From: Lama glama | Taxonomy: Eukaryota | DNA: 64,000 bases | Assembly (NCBI GenBank): GCA_028534125.1 | Contig: CM052816.1 | Coordinates: 80,664,001-80,728,000, forward strand | Direction of reading: 5' to 3' | Shown here: one piece after another, positions 38,050 to 51,445 of the stretch | How the letters are laid out: every line of letters starts with the position of its first letter | How positions within the stretch are numbered: position 1 is the stretch's first letter | Notes under the pieces: model-generated | Told to the model about the DNA's origin: nothing | The model's database searches: none | The model's input: the letters and a program-made list of their open reading frames with translations, nothing else | Position numbers and translations under genes: made by a program

Positions 38050-39320
38050 AACGAGGTCGTTCTCACTTATTAGCCCTTAATAACTCACTTGATGACTTTT
38101 TGCTTCTGATTGCTACAACCTTGGGCTGGATGATTTTGAAAGTCCTAGTCCCTAAGCGAAGTAATGCTTTTACCAGGGAGCATGGTCAGGGTACAGATGA
38201 GTTGTTCTGGGACTGCCCCCCGGACACTTTGGACTCCACATACTGGCAGAACTGGGAGTTGCTTTTCTGGCCAGAATGATTGATTCTGATTTGTCCCCTG
38301 ATAGGGGACAAATGGGTTTCTGCTATGTAAAGGGAGATTTTGTCAGGAACCTAGGAGATACACTGAGTCATTTTTTAGCACTTCCTTGCCTAATGTTCTG
38401 CTCACTGAAAAATTCTGACAACCCAATAAAGACAAGGAAAGAAGATTCAAGAGGTGCTTGAAGGGGGAAACTATACAGGATTGGCTACAGCATTTGCAGA
38501 GCCCAGTGAAAAATAAAAATGTGGGGCTCCTTTTTCAAATATGACCAAGAATTTCAGCAGAGCAACAGGAGAATATTAAGCAAGTGCAGGGCCCTTCTAA
38601 GTTCAGGGCTCTGTGTGACCGCCCTGATTGTACACCCATGAAGCTGGCTGGCCCTTGTGATCAGAAGAAAGTATGGACTGTAGCAGTTGTGTTTATACCT
38701 CTTCTTTCTTATTTTCCCTTCCTCTAACTTTTCCTTCTATCACATATGAAGGGCACCATGGATGGCTAACTTTTCAGGCTTCCTGTGGGAATGTGATTGG
38801 ATCAATATCACTCCATGATGATGAACAACCTTAAGGGACCTCATGTGTCCCATGTGTTGGGATTATACACTTTTCTCGTGGATGAAAGACTGGAGAGGGT
38901 GTTGAGGAGGGGAAGTTATGGCCTGTATCAATGGACTCCTGTTCTGTTGAGTTCCAGTAGCTTTCAGCCACTGGGACCCTTAACAGGAGGTGGGAAGGCT
39001 CAGAACAAAATGAGGATATTTATTCCCCTGGCTCTTCCCTGGGAAGAGTTTGTGCTGGGGTGTTGATGTTTAACTACCAAAGGTCACTGCTTATCTGATG
39101 GCAGTGCTTTCTGCACACCTCTTCCTTTGTGTTTTAGTAAACACTGATTCTCCCCACCCTTCCTGAACTGGGAGTGGTCACAGATTTCCCATTACTACTA
39201 GCTTTAGGTTCCTGACTCTTTACACCTCCCTATCCCTTTTTAACCCCTTGTAAATAAAGCTTCTTTAAATTACACTAATTAGAGTTTGCCATCCATTCCC
39301 TGGTTGGATCTCGTATGATA
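38050..39320 (+). mobile_element. ERVL internal fragment plus LTR16-like LTR, with MER45A-like insertion at ~38476-38655
   Basis: Resembles ERV3-16A3 internal 3' region and LTR16 end; MER45A reverse consensus is recognisable. Confidence 0.55.
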
Positions 39321-39619
39321 TTTTTGTGCTCTCAGCTGTAAAATGGGGACAAGAATGACACATGATTCTGGAACTTCTTGGGAGAATAAAATGAAAGCAG
39401 AGGAATGGAAAGCACATTGCAAACTTTAAAGGGCTATAAAAGTTAATTATGTTTGGGGAAATGAATGTTCTGGCTATTTACCCTCTGGGGTTTACCCTAG
39501 GTTTGTTAGCAACTATCCTAAAAAACTCCCCCAGAATTAGTCTCCACTTCTGTTGCATCTCTGCTGAGAATATCACAGTGGTTTTTCATTGCCTAGAGCA
39601 AAGGTTGTCTTTATCCTGG

Positions 39620-40264
39620 TGATGCAGGAAAATGAATGTGGGGCACAAGAAGGGCCCTGTCCCAGGTCTCGATTGAGCCCCTGGGACGTGCCCTGCCTAG
39701 TGTGGGTCTTTTGCTTCCATCAGGAAAGAATTCAAGAGCGAGCCACAGTTGAATAAAGGTAGATTTATTTAGAGAGATACATACTGCATAGAGTGAAAGG
39801 CAAGAGAAAGGCAAGGAAAAAGGTGTGGAAATTGGGTGCTCAGTTTGAAGTAAAAGTAGGTACACACTCCATAGACAGTGCGGACCATCTCCGAAGGGGA
39901 GGAAGTGAAAAGAGGGCCACTAGGCGTGGTGGTGTCAGTTTTTATGGTCTCAGTAGCTTCACACGACTACAGGTGGGATCATTCCAACAGCACTGGAGAA
40001 GGGGCCGAGATTACCAGGAATTGGGCCACCGCCCATTCTTTGGCCTTTAGTAGTTAGCCTTGGGACTGCCGTGGGCCTGTGGGCATGTTATTTACCATGT
40101 TAATATATTACAATGAGCGTATAATGAAGCTCAAGGTTTACTAGAAGTTTAATCTCCCATCATCTTGAGCCTCAAGGCCTATTGGGGGTTGAATCTTTCA
40201 CCATTTTGATGTTAATTGCTGTAGCATTCCTTGAATGGCTGTGTCCTGCCCCCTTCCTGTCTTA
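39620..40264 (-). mobile_element. ERV1-type solo LTR
   Basis: TG...(T)A termini, minus-strand AATAAA, near-TSD CTGG/CTAG, retained CpGs. Confidence 0.75.
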
Positions 40265-41999
40265 CTAGCACTAAAGGAGCTTCACAACTTAGATACTCAT
40301 CACTTTCCAGTTTCTGTTTCTTCTCTGCCCTCATAAATTCCAGTGAAACAGATGTATCCCAGGAGAGGTGACACACTGTTTTTCTGTGTCCTGGCCCTTG
40401 CTCACTTGGTCATGCGCTTACTCCTTCAGATCCATCTAAATCTTGCAAATCTTGCCATCTCTCAATGCCTAGCACAAGACCTTAGCAGTCATAGTTACCA
40501 CTTGTATCTGGGGCATATATTAAGTATATGTTTCTCTTGGAATTAATCAAATTGCGGAACTTAACGGGCCTTATGACAATTTAGGGCCACATTTGCATAA
40601 TTTCTTACCCTACCCTTTTTCTGTGCAGGCCCATAGCACTCAGCCTATTTCCCTTTTTCCTTTAGATGCCAGAAGCCACTTGCTTTCCAGAAATTTTTCT
40701 TCCTCCCAGAAAACTGTGATTGTGAGATGGGATTCTTCCCACCTGCTTTCTTCTAATATGCCCCTAAAATGAAGTCTAGTGTTTCTTAATTTAATCATTT
40801 GCATTTGCCTTTGTAGAGAGTAGATGGGGGTGGTGGGGGTGGGGAATGACAGAGTAGCAAATAGGGACACTTGATCAATTTTGTAATGTTCTAATATTCT
40901 CCATTCTTCATCTGTATTTTCTGGATCCTTTCCTGTTCTGTGATTTGCTTCCTTTATCTCAGCATGGAGCTCCAGAAGCACCACTTCTCCAGTTCCTCAC
41001 CATTCAGAGGCCCTCAGTCTGTGGGATGGTTATTTACATCTTAGGGGGCACCAGCCTAGGTGGCTCTCATTTAAACATCTGTGTTCCAGATGGAAATCTC
41101 ATCTTAATAACGACCACTACTTTTGAGTAACTTATTTAATCCAAATAATCATTTTGCATGGTACCTCATCATTGAGGAAACAGATTTAGGGAAATTAAGT
41201 GGTTTGGTCACAGTTGTGCAGTTAGTAAAAGCAGGGCTAGGAGTGGACCACACATCTGTTTGTCTGCAAAATTTGTGTTTCTTCCGCTCTTCCAAACTGC
41301 GTTACCCCAACACTAGGTTACTTCCTGACAATCACAGACCATCACATGAAAGCCTGTGAAGGTGCTTCTGTCGTTATGTTGATCTTCGCGTTTGTATCTT
41401 TTATCATTTTTAATTTTTAATATTTAAGAATATTATCTCCTTATTATTTATAAAGCTAACTGAAGACAGAAACATTGTACTATATGTCACTTTATTAGCC
41501 ATTGCACCTCTACTAAATGTTAATGCACAACATGTGTTGACCATATATTTGTTGGTTAATTCTTCCAGAAAGGTTTTCAAGAATAAATGGTTTCTTTTAC
41601 CTGTTTTCTTTTTTATGTATAGTGTAACTGGGATCATAATTGTAATTTTTCTTTGCTGAGTAATAGTCTTACAAATGAAGAGTGATCTCAGTTTTGTTTT
41701 GTTGAAAAACAACAAAACAAAACCGAAAGGTGTTTAAAATTATGTCTATAAGGGGCCACACAGAAGTGTAGTGGTTAAAAAAAAAGAGGCCTTGGACTGA
41801 CAAGCAGAATTTAGAGATGACAGCTAATGTATAAAGAGTTTAGACAGTGATGAGCCATGAAAAGGATATGATCTATCAGATTTGTCTTAGGGATGTCACC
41901 CTGGCTGCACCAGAAAGAATGGATGGTTGTGGTGTGAAGCCGGAGGCAGAGAGATCTGGTCCGCCTTATTTGGGATCGAGCATTACTTCCCCAGCCACA

Positions 42000-43420
42000 C
42001 CCTACCTCCCACATTACTGTGCTAGTCAGGATGTCTAATCCTGTTAATCAGTGGGAAATTGTGTTTCCTCTCTGCAGTGGATGCAGTGAAAATAATGTTT
42101 AGAACCTAGAGAATCACTAGAGTGCCTCATGACACTCCTATGAAAAATAGTCCTATTCAGCGTAAAACTGTAGCAGTCTAATAAACAAGACCAGCAAAGA
42201 CTCATATCCCATAGGAATAAATATTTGTATCTTCCTGCCAGCTGAAGAAACCAGCTGAGATACTATCAGAGGTAAAGGGAACTTGAAATGAGTAGGGGAA
42301 GAAGGCAGCTATGATTACCAGCTTGAGGCTAGTGAACAGCTGTAGAAGTAGGAATTGTAGCATTTATGCTAAATAGTATTTAATTGTTTCTCTTCCTCCT
42401 TCTTTCCACTCCTTTCCATTATATGAGGAATACTGATGCTAGCTAAAATTTAGTTTTCAGGTAGTAACATGAATCAGTGGATTTCAACAATACAGTGGTC
42501 AATATGTGTTGATGATACAAGTTTTTGCATGAATTAAGGACAAGAGTTAATGCTGGGTATTAGAATGGATGGACTGTGTTGTAGAGTTTCTGATTTTTTT
42601 CCTGCAGACACACTCCCTCCCTACTCTTCCCCTGGATCTGACTTGAAGGCTGACTATTATAGACTGAATGTTTGTGTGTCTGTAAAATTCATCTTGAAAT
42701 CTTAACTCCCAACGTGATGGTATTAGGAGGTGAGACCTTTGGAAGGTGATTAGGTCTTGAGGGTGGAGGCCTCATGAGTGGAATTAGTGTCCCTCCAGAG
42801 GAGACCCAGAGATCTCCCTCACCCCTTCTACCATTTGAAGATGCAGGATGAAGACAGCTATGAACTAGGAAGCAGGCTCTCACCAGGAACTGAATCTGCT
42901 GATGCCTTGATCTTGGGTTTCCCGACTTCCAGAACTGTGAGAAATAACATTTCTGCTGTTTATAAGCCACCCAATCTATGTTATTCTGATACAGCAGCCT
43001 GAATGGACTAAGACACTGGCCTTCATCAAATGATCTTGACTTCTCAGTGCCCATTGGATTCAACCAATGAGAAGTACCAGCAGGAGATCAGAAGGAGTGA
43101 GGAGAGTGAGATGGCTTTATTCCTTCCTTGTAGGGTCTTCATGGACTCACTACATCCCCTGACCAAATGTCACAGACCTGTCAGGCTGTCTTCCCTGAAC
43201 AGCTGTCTGAATCCAGGGGTTAGAGGAATGCTTCCTCCCAAAACCGCTCCAGGAGTAAAGGTGATATTATTACTAGTATGAAGTAATGCACTTTCTCCTG
43301 TGGTTTTCATACATTATGCCTATACCTTTGGAAATAGTCCTGTGATTAAGGTTACTTCAAATTACCCAGTTTATGGGTGCTAGCTGTTCCTGCCAGAATC
43401 TCGCTAATCCATGAAGCTTG
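42000..43420 (+). mobile_element. Second ERVL internal fragment plus LTR16-like LTR
   Basis: Same organisation as the 38-39.3 kb block; LTR split by MLT1A. Confidence 0.5.
42655..43015 (+). mobile_element. MLT1A-type MaLR solo LTR
   Basis: gactgaatgtttgtgt...cagcagcctgaatggactaagaca; 5-bp near-TSD CTGAC/CTGGC. Confidence 0.85.
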
Positions 43421-43962
43421 GAGTTGAACTGATTGCCAAAGTTTAAAAAATGGTTCCTGCAGTGTCCTTTTGTGTGTTGGGGGAGGTTTCAAGGCTTGGT
43501 GCCCAGGTCTTAGAGACTGATCTAGAGACAGTATTGGCATTCGTTCTTTACTTCTTTTAACTCTTAGTTCTCTGCTTAATTTTTGCCAGAGAAAAACCAA
43601 TGAATTCTTTTGGAGACAAGAGCCCTACACAGGTTTGACACACACAAAAAATCATACCCCCTTTGCCTACTAGAAATACATGTGAATAGCTTTTTGGAGG
43701 TTCTGAACCTCATCTCCAAAGAGCATTCCTTCCTCCAAAGTAAGCTGTAAGCTTGTAAGATCGTACATTTGTCTCTGGTGTCCCTCCAGTCTCATTTCTT
43801 TGTGGAGTAGCTCTGCCATTCCCTGTAGGTACTCAGGGACCTCACACTCTTTTCCACCCACCTCTCTCTATGAAAACCAGCTTCTGGGAAAGACTCTGAA
43901 TTCATTTTCACTAAATAAATGACTGCTTGACTTTGATTTGTTACCTCATGCAGATAGCAAAA

Positions 43963-44178
43963 GCAGAGTTTTCTCAACTTCAGCACTATTGATATTTGCT
44001 CCCCTCTCCCAAATATTTTGTTGCAGGGGGCTCCTCTATGCATTGTAGGCTGCTTAGCTGACTCCCTGGCTTCAACTCACTGGAGGTCAGTAGCACCCTT
44101 CTCCTAGCTGTGATAACCAAAAATATCTCCAGATATTGCCAAGTGTCATGTGGGAGCAAAATCACTCACAGTTTAAAA
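43963..44178 (-). mobile_element. MER20
   Basis: Reverse-complement similarity to the 29602 copy. Confidence 0.75.
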
Positions 44179-44314
44179 CAATGAAAAGGATGAATTTCTA
44201 CCTGTGCAATCTTTGGGCATCATCAAACCAGAAGGGTAAATATGTATTAGGGCAATATGTGGGAGGTCCTTCTTAAAATATGGGCCTTCAGTAAATAACA
44301 TTCCTTTTTGATTT

Positions 44315-44548
44315 TGTAAGGGGTTAGGATGACCCACCACTTTGTACTTACAGATCTGGATTGTGCAAACTATCTACATCATTTAATGTACAGCCACTGT
44401 CTCAAAAACCTATATAACTGTGCTTTGACCTCTAATGGGCAGAGCTGGCCTCTGAGCTTTCTGAGAGGCTGTTCCTGGGCTATAATCTGCAATTTGGCTC
44501 AAAGAAAATTCTCCATTTCTTAGATCAACTGATTAAATTTTGTTGACG
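44315..44548 (+). mobile_element. Partial LTR of the same family as 4271-4704
   Basis: Direct alignment of agatctggatt(a/g)tgcaaact...aactgtgc(c/t)ttgac...cttagatc(g/a)actgatta. Confidence 0.7.
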
Positions 44549-47500
44549 TGATCTTGGATAAAGACATAAAATTCTTCTTGGTCTTTTATGGTATTATTTC
44601 TTGCCTTTTTTGGCTTTTGTAGGGAACATAAGAATGAAGAACATAAACATACTGGATTTGGAATCGACAGATTTTTGGGTAACCTCTAGTTGTGGGACCT
44701 TAATTAAGCAAGGCTATGTCCCCCATTGGTTCTGTTGTCGAGAGTGTGAAAAGAGGAAGTTGATCTACATGCCCGTCTAGATTTCTCGATCTTTAAAAAT
44801 TCTAAATATTTGCATGTATGAAATTTGCATGTAGTAATCCATGGCGATTTCATTGGACTTGTTGGATGATCAGGATGTACATAAACTGAGAAGCCACTAG
44901 ATGTCATGTACTTCTCAGAGTTTGCTTGTCAAACCCTATTTTAAATGCCAGGATATTTGGGAAGCTGAATGGAACCTTAAAAACCGTATTGTTTAATCAT
45001 GTCAGTTAATTAAAACCAAAAATAGACGATTTGGACTAGGTAGATCAAATGATTTAGATAAGTTCACATAGCTAGTTAGCATTAAAACAGATTTCTTGCC
45101 TTCTATTGCAACAGACTTTCCTTTCTTTAAAGTAAATAATATTTGGAAATGATGGTTTTGCATCAGTTATCAACTTTGATAATTTTTTTCTTTTTCTTCT
45201 TGAACTCGAAGTAATCTGGAGTAGATTATTCAAATTTTTGTGATTTAATATAATACCAATAACATTGGGAAGAAAAGTAATATTACTTGTCGATTCCTAC
45301 TCTGCTTTGAGACTTGATGCAGATAAGTCACAGGAGGGTGTGAGAAACTGGGCATATGTGATGAAAATGGAAATCAAAGTTCACCAACACCTCACTGATC
45401 TGAAGGTTAGACTTTGGCGACCTCAGAGGTTTCCTTTCTTAACATGGCCCTGGCTGGAAAGTTGAAAAGGGCTTTCTTTGAAAAGTGAAATAGCTTTTTT
45501 AAGGTCTCTGTGCCAAACTCATTAACATTAATTTCTGTGTTGTCCCTTGAACCTTATCTAACATGCAGTGTTTAATAAACGTGGTTGTCTAATTCTTGGT
45601 TTAGATGACTCCAGAGTATTTGAAACAGAAATGGGGCTGTAAGAGGAAGGCCCACTAAAATAAGAAGTAATGCAGATAACCTGATATGACTAAGGGGGAA
45701 AATTGCTAAACTCAAAGAAACAAAACTGTATTACATCATTATAAAAGAACAGATGCTTACAACAACATCCTTGTGGCTTCAATAAAAGGTTAAATTACAC
45801 TGACTATCCTTTGCGATATATAAACTTTTCAAGAAGGATTTCTTACACAATGGTTAAAAAGAAGCTTTGGTGTCCAAAAAGAATAAGTTTTGCTTATATG
45901 AGAAAGTCTTTTATGTAATGCTTATAAATACGAAGTTATAATAAATCCTTTTCTCAGGCTGGAGCTGGGAATGGATCTTGTATAGAAATAGTGAGTCTGT
46001 TAATATGGCTTCATTTCCTGAGTGAACTGGGAATAATACTGCTACAGCATGAGGGTCCTGTGGGATGTTTGAGAGAGTGTGAGAGGTAGAAAGCGCTATA
46101 CACTTGTAAGCCGTTAAGATGATGACAGGAAAAGTGAATGCATACACCCTCCCAAGAAAAGCGTTCTCTGAGGAGGTGAGCTGAGGAAGCAGAAGAGCTC
46201 AGGATTAGAGAGACAGAAGGATAGAAAGGAGGGCTGGCCATGGGTTAACTTCTCTGTGATAGTGAAGTAGCAGGGCTGATCTGCTTTCCAGAAGACAAGA
46301 AATGAACAGAGAGATTCTGCCAGGGATCAGAAAACGAGACACTGTGAACCAGTGCTGGGGTGTGACCCATCTGTGTTCATGAATGCATGTAACACTATGG
46401 CTTCGCAAATGGGCTGGAGCTCTGTCCATCTAAGGGACCGGCTCTTGTATTCTCCCCAGTTATTTTTTTTCCCTGCTCAGTTCCAACGGGAAGGAACAAT
46501 AGGCCCTGTATAGTGTCTTCCTTAAGCTATTTTCAGTTTTATTTTATATCTGCCCTGGGTTGGACAACTGGGGTGTTCTGCTGTTGCCCCCACTTTATGC
46601 GATCAGGCTTCAGTCTTTTTCTCCCTCTTTTTAAATCCTCTTTGTGAATTTATACGTACAAAATGGGAGTTGCTTATTGTAGGAAGATTCCATTTGGTTT
46701 CAATGAAGAAGTAAGACAAGTTGGCCATCACCTGTGTTCACATCTCAACCGTGTGCTGATTGAATTTCTGTATTCTCTCAAGTTGCCTCATGTTGTGCAA
46801 AATTCTTATGATGTCAGAATCCAGCAAAAAAAAAAGCCCAGCAAATATGCATTATTTCAATGTGGAAATTTCATATTCTCTTCTATGTTACTGGAGAAAA
46901 ATTGTTTCGCACATATTTTGATTGCATTATAGTGGTGCCAGTCATCTTGTTGTATTAGGGTGGTGTCAGCATTCCTGCTATCAACTTTGTTTGTCAGGCT
47001 CTTGTATCTTGGCTGTAAAATTCTGCCTCAGGTCTGAGGCTTGCTCTCAATCCCAGACCCATTTAGGAGAGGAGAAAGTAAATGTATCTTAAATTGAATA
47101 AAATGTTAAAGAGTCAACATAATTAACAGCAGGAACGTCCAGTGGTTCAAATCTAGTTGCTATTTTTCATCAACTCCAAACTGTAAAGCATAAATTTTGA
47201 ATTCCTTAAGTTCTTTCTTTCTGTATGACTTTTAGTATAGTTTGGATGTTCATCTTTAGATCCGAGAAGGACATTGCATCTCTGCAGATAAACCAACTCA
47301 ACATCTGGGCGAGAAAATAATTCTATTTGTGAAAAGTTTCATGTTTTTACAAAGTGCTTTTGAAAGGGTAACATAGTGGGAGGGCAGACAATGCAATGGC
47401 CTGGGAGAAGCCATTTGTGTGTGTTGTGATGCTGTTTCTTCAACCTCAGTGATAAACCCACAGACATCCTGCTTCGCTCACTTTTTCTCTCTTGAGTTGC

Positions 47501-48326
47501 TTAAATGTGTTTTCCCTTTTTAAAGTTTTAGTTCAGATTCTACTTTTTATGTTAGTAGCGAGGGTGTTCTGAGGACAGACGTGAACAGAACAAAGCTACA
47601 CATCAAATTCATTTTGTAAAAGTGTCTCTTTACAGCTTATCAGTAAGTGAGCCAGGGTGTTGTGAAAGTGAAACTTTTTCAGTTGAATTGTCTTTCTGGG
47701 AAACGCTCTTTTTCTGCTAAACTGTCTTTCCGGGAAACAAATTTGTAACTGCCGATTTGTTTGCATGCCTCAGTTTTCAACCTACCCACAAAACGATAGC
47801 TTGGGTGACCCTGAAGCTGTTGTTGAACTTACTTTCAGAGATCAAGGCTCCAGCCGGGGACACTCCCCCTCATTGACTTCAAAGCAAACTGAGCCCAGAG
47901 ACAGATAGGCAGTAGGGGGATAGCTCAGCCAAATTCTTATCGAGATTATTCTGGGGTAGGCTTCTTGGGATGAACTAAGCGATGTACAACTTTTAATCAT
48001 CTTCAAAGCCCTAAATGATAATGTTTGGTTTTAGTTAAGTTCAATTTGAATAGAAAGCCAATCAGTTGAAAAAACAGCAAATGTGTTATGGGACCCCAAG
48101 CTAAATATGCTTCCCCCCAAAAATGACCTCATTCAAAGTTCCATAAGCACAGGAAGGAATATGGGGTGGGAATGGGGATAAGAGAAGCCCTGTCACTACC
48201 TTGCTGAGTGATTTTCTCTTAGTTTCTATATTTCTCTGAAAGTCAGTTCCTCTTTATACGAAAAAGTAAATGTGAAAGAGAAAGAGAAAACTGAGCTATC
48301 GTAGTAGTTATTTTCAGTTGTTTATG

Positions 48327-48521
48327 CAGGAATTGGGTGACTTTCTGGAAAGGGCCAAGTAGCAAATATTTTCAGTTTCACAGACCACATGGTGTCTGTT
48401 GCAACTACTCAATTCTGTTGTAACTAGAGAGCAACATGTTAATGATAGGTGTGGATGTGTTCCAGGAAAGCTTTACTTACAAAATCTAGTGGCCTGCAGT
48501 CCACAATTTGCTGACTCCTGG
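48327..48521 (+). mobile_element. MER58A-like element followed by MIR (~48530-48740)
   Basis: aaagggcca...tctgttgcaactactcaattctg...tttgctgactcctg. Confidence 0.75.
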
Positions 48522-51324
48522 TTTAATGCATGCTTGCATACTTAATATATGCCAGGCATTGTGTTAACTGCTTTATAAACATTAACATACCCAACGAGGA
48601 AGGTACTATTATTGTCATCAGCTTATGAATGAGGAAGGCAAAGCTCAGAGAGGTTAATCCACTTGCACAAGAACACATGTATCTAGTACATTGCAGAATG
48701 GAGGGTTGGCATCAAATCCACTTGCCTCAGCTTCTCTTATTCTTTAGACAGACTTACCTTCCTTCCAAAGAGAGCTTCCGTAAGAGAATTACTAAGTCCC
48801 AGTCCTGTAGACCAGGAAATGTGACCCAAATCTTCATAACTCCAATTGATGAGTTATGAATATTTGGCGACAGAACATGTTTTCCAGATGATTCTTATAA
48901 TTTGGCTTGGTAATAGTGGTCAAAATAACTTATTGTCTTTTTTTTCAGATATTTGACTATACTTGTTTCATTCATATTATACATTCTTCTTGTCTCCAAA
49001 TGTATTTGATAATTTTCCACTTGCTGTTCTCCCTTGAAAGCAAAAGAAGTGTTAAGATGTACTGTTTCCTTAGACCTGAGTTCCTCAATTTAAGTGGGAA
49101 AAACCCAAACATACTTTTTTGTTTTCCCCTACTAAAAGAAAAAAGAGAAGACAAGAAAAGAAATGGAAACAATGAGAAAGCCTTGTTAGGTATCATAGAG
49201 ATGGTGACTGTACTTCAACATGAATGCCATTGTCACCCTCTTGTATGATCTGACAGTCACTGAAGGGCTTGCGTTTTTAGGTGTATGGTGTTTGTGATGT
49301 GGAAAAGTGTATGCATTTTTATAATGAACTTGTTAGATTGTTTCTCAGGCAGAACAGCTCATTTGGGAAGACTTGGAAATATACTGAGAATACAACTTGG
49401 TTTATCTCCATCAGGGAGGAGTCTCCCCAGTACCTCATGTCTTCCAACTGGCTCTGCCTGACTCCCAGAGCAGGCTGGGATTGAATAAGAAAACAGTACA
49501 GTATTGACTGCACAGTTCCCACACTTTCAGTGTAGTAGAAAGAACAAACTGTCAAGACTTCCTATACATTGGCTGTGATCTGTGGTGCCCTTCACAACCC
49601 TTCTTTTAGATTTCCCAGGAGATCTTATCAGAGGGCCCCTAAAAGGCAACATAGGCTCAAAGGAAGGTCTGTAATACATCAAAAATGTATTATGTATGCA
49701 AAATGAACCTGACCTAGGAAGGTGAACTTCCTCACTTCAAAAGTTACCTCTTAACCAATCAGGTCTGGCGGGTACAAACAGACCCCAAGATCTGGGCTTC
49801 CAGGACAGCATATACAAACATATCCATGTATGTATGTTTCCAAGGCTAGGACACCTGGAGCATCCTTTCTCTATTTTTATTTTTGTTTTCTTAAGCTCTT
49901 GGATTGAGATTTATTAATTAATTACTATAATGTTTTAATTTATTTTTATTCACACATATAATATAAAAAGATATTCTCATTACAAAAATTCATCTAGTAC
50001 AGATATAACTAAAGTTCCTCCTGATCACTGTTTCCAATCCTAGCCCTTCTCAGAATGTGGTGTATATCTTCCAGACCCTTTATGGAGTTTCATTTTCCCT
50101 TTTCTCGCCCAATTACTGTCTTCCTCAAGAAAAGGAAGTGTTCATTTTATTTAAGTTATAACAGTGGAATTTTTAGAGTTTAAAAACCTTATTTAAATTA
50201 CTCATTTCAGCTCATTCCTGGTCTATTCTGACCCAACATGGTTTTATACCATCAAAAATATGCTTTAAATATTGTGAAATTGTCTTCCTATTTTGCAATT
50301 CCTTTATTTTGTAGTATTCCTTTTTTTTTGGAATATTTTGGAGTAATCACTTCCTGAGAATGGCTGCACTAAAGGTAGATTTTATGAATACTTATATATT
50401 AGAAAATGTCTTTATTCTCATTTCCCATTTGATTGATTATCTGGCTGCACATAAAATACAGTGTGCATTAATACCAGAATATGTTTGACCACAGGAACTT
50501 TTTCCATGGGCATCCCATTGTCTCACAGGGCTCTATGGAAATATACTTTGGGGAAAATTATCCCCTTGGGAGAAAGCTGTATTCAGGTAAAATGTTGCTT
50601 GTAAATATTGTGCGACTTAATGAGGCTGTTAAGGTACCTGATTGGTAGCTAAGTAAAGGTGTATTTTTTTTCTCTTCATTCTTTCTTTATGATGGAACCA
50701 TTCTGGCTTCTGAAGCTTGGTGAGCTTGCCCTGGTGTTTGTATTGGAGTCATGAATGTTTTGTGGACAGTAAACCTCCTTGGCAATTCTCTGAATGTCTT
50801 CTTGGATGAACTCTGTTGCAGGTTATGTTTATAATTTACTTTCTGGAAGTAGCGATTCAGGTGCATAGCTGCCACTAACATCATCATTAAGCAGTAATTA
50901 GTGACCCATTTGGATATAACACTATACATCAATGCCATCGCCTCTCTTTCCAGAGTCTCTCACCTCCTGGAATCTCCGTGTTCTGGAGTCCCCATGCTGA
51001 TTCCTCATTACTATGCCCCAGCCAAGCCTGGCTTTCCCAGGCTTGCTACATATCTCTATTTCTTATTCATTTCTCTACCCCTGGAGCAGACACATTACTT
51101 GCATTGGCATAAAGTCTCATTGCATTGTGTTTAGGAAAATTAATCTTCTGTTTTTTTAATTACAATTAGGTGAAGGGGAAAAAATTTCTCATTGATTTTT
51201 TTCTAACAAAGGAATACCAATTGTATCAAACACTAGGTTGAATTAAAGTTCTCCAACAGAGTAAAACATTTATATATATAAAATATTAGGGTACATGGTT
51301 ACATCAGAGATAACATTAATACTT

Positions 51325-51445
51325 AAATTTTTTTTTTATTGAAGTGTAGTTGATTTACAATGTTTCAGGTGTACAGCAAAGCGACTCAGTTATATGTATA
51401 CATACATATATATTTTTTCTTTTCAGATTCTTTTTCATTATATGG
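51325..51445 (-). mobile_element. Short cetartiodactyl L1 3' end
   Basis: polyT + attgaagtgtagttgatttacaatg; near-TSD TAACATTAA. Confidence 0.7.

Noticed and set aside
4271..44548. Two same-orientation LTRs of one family flanking TARS1, suggesting a provirus or composite element
   Set aside because: They are 40 kb apart and diverged, the first has its own probable TSD, and no proviral interior is present; independent solo insertions
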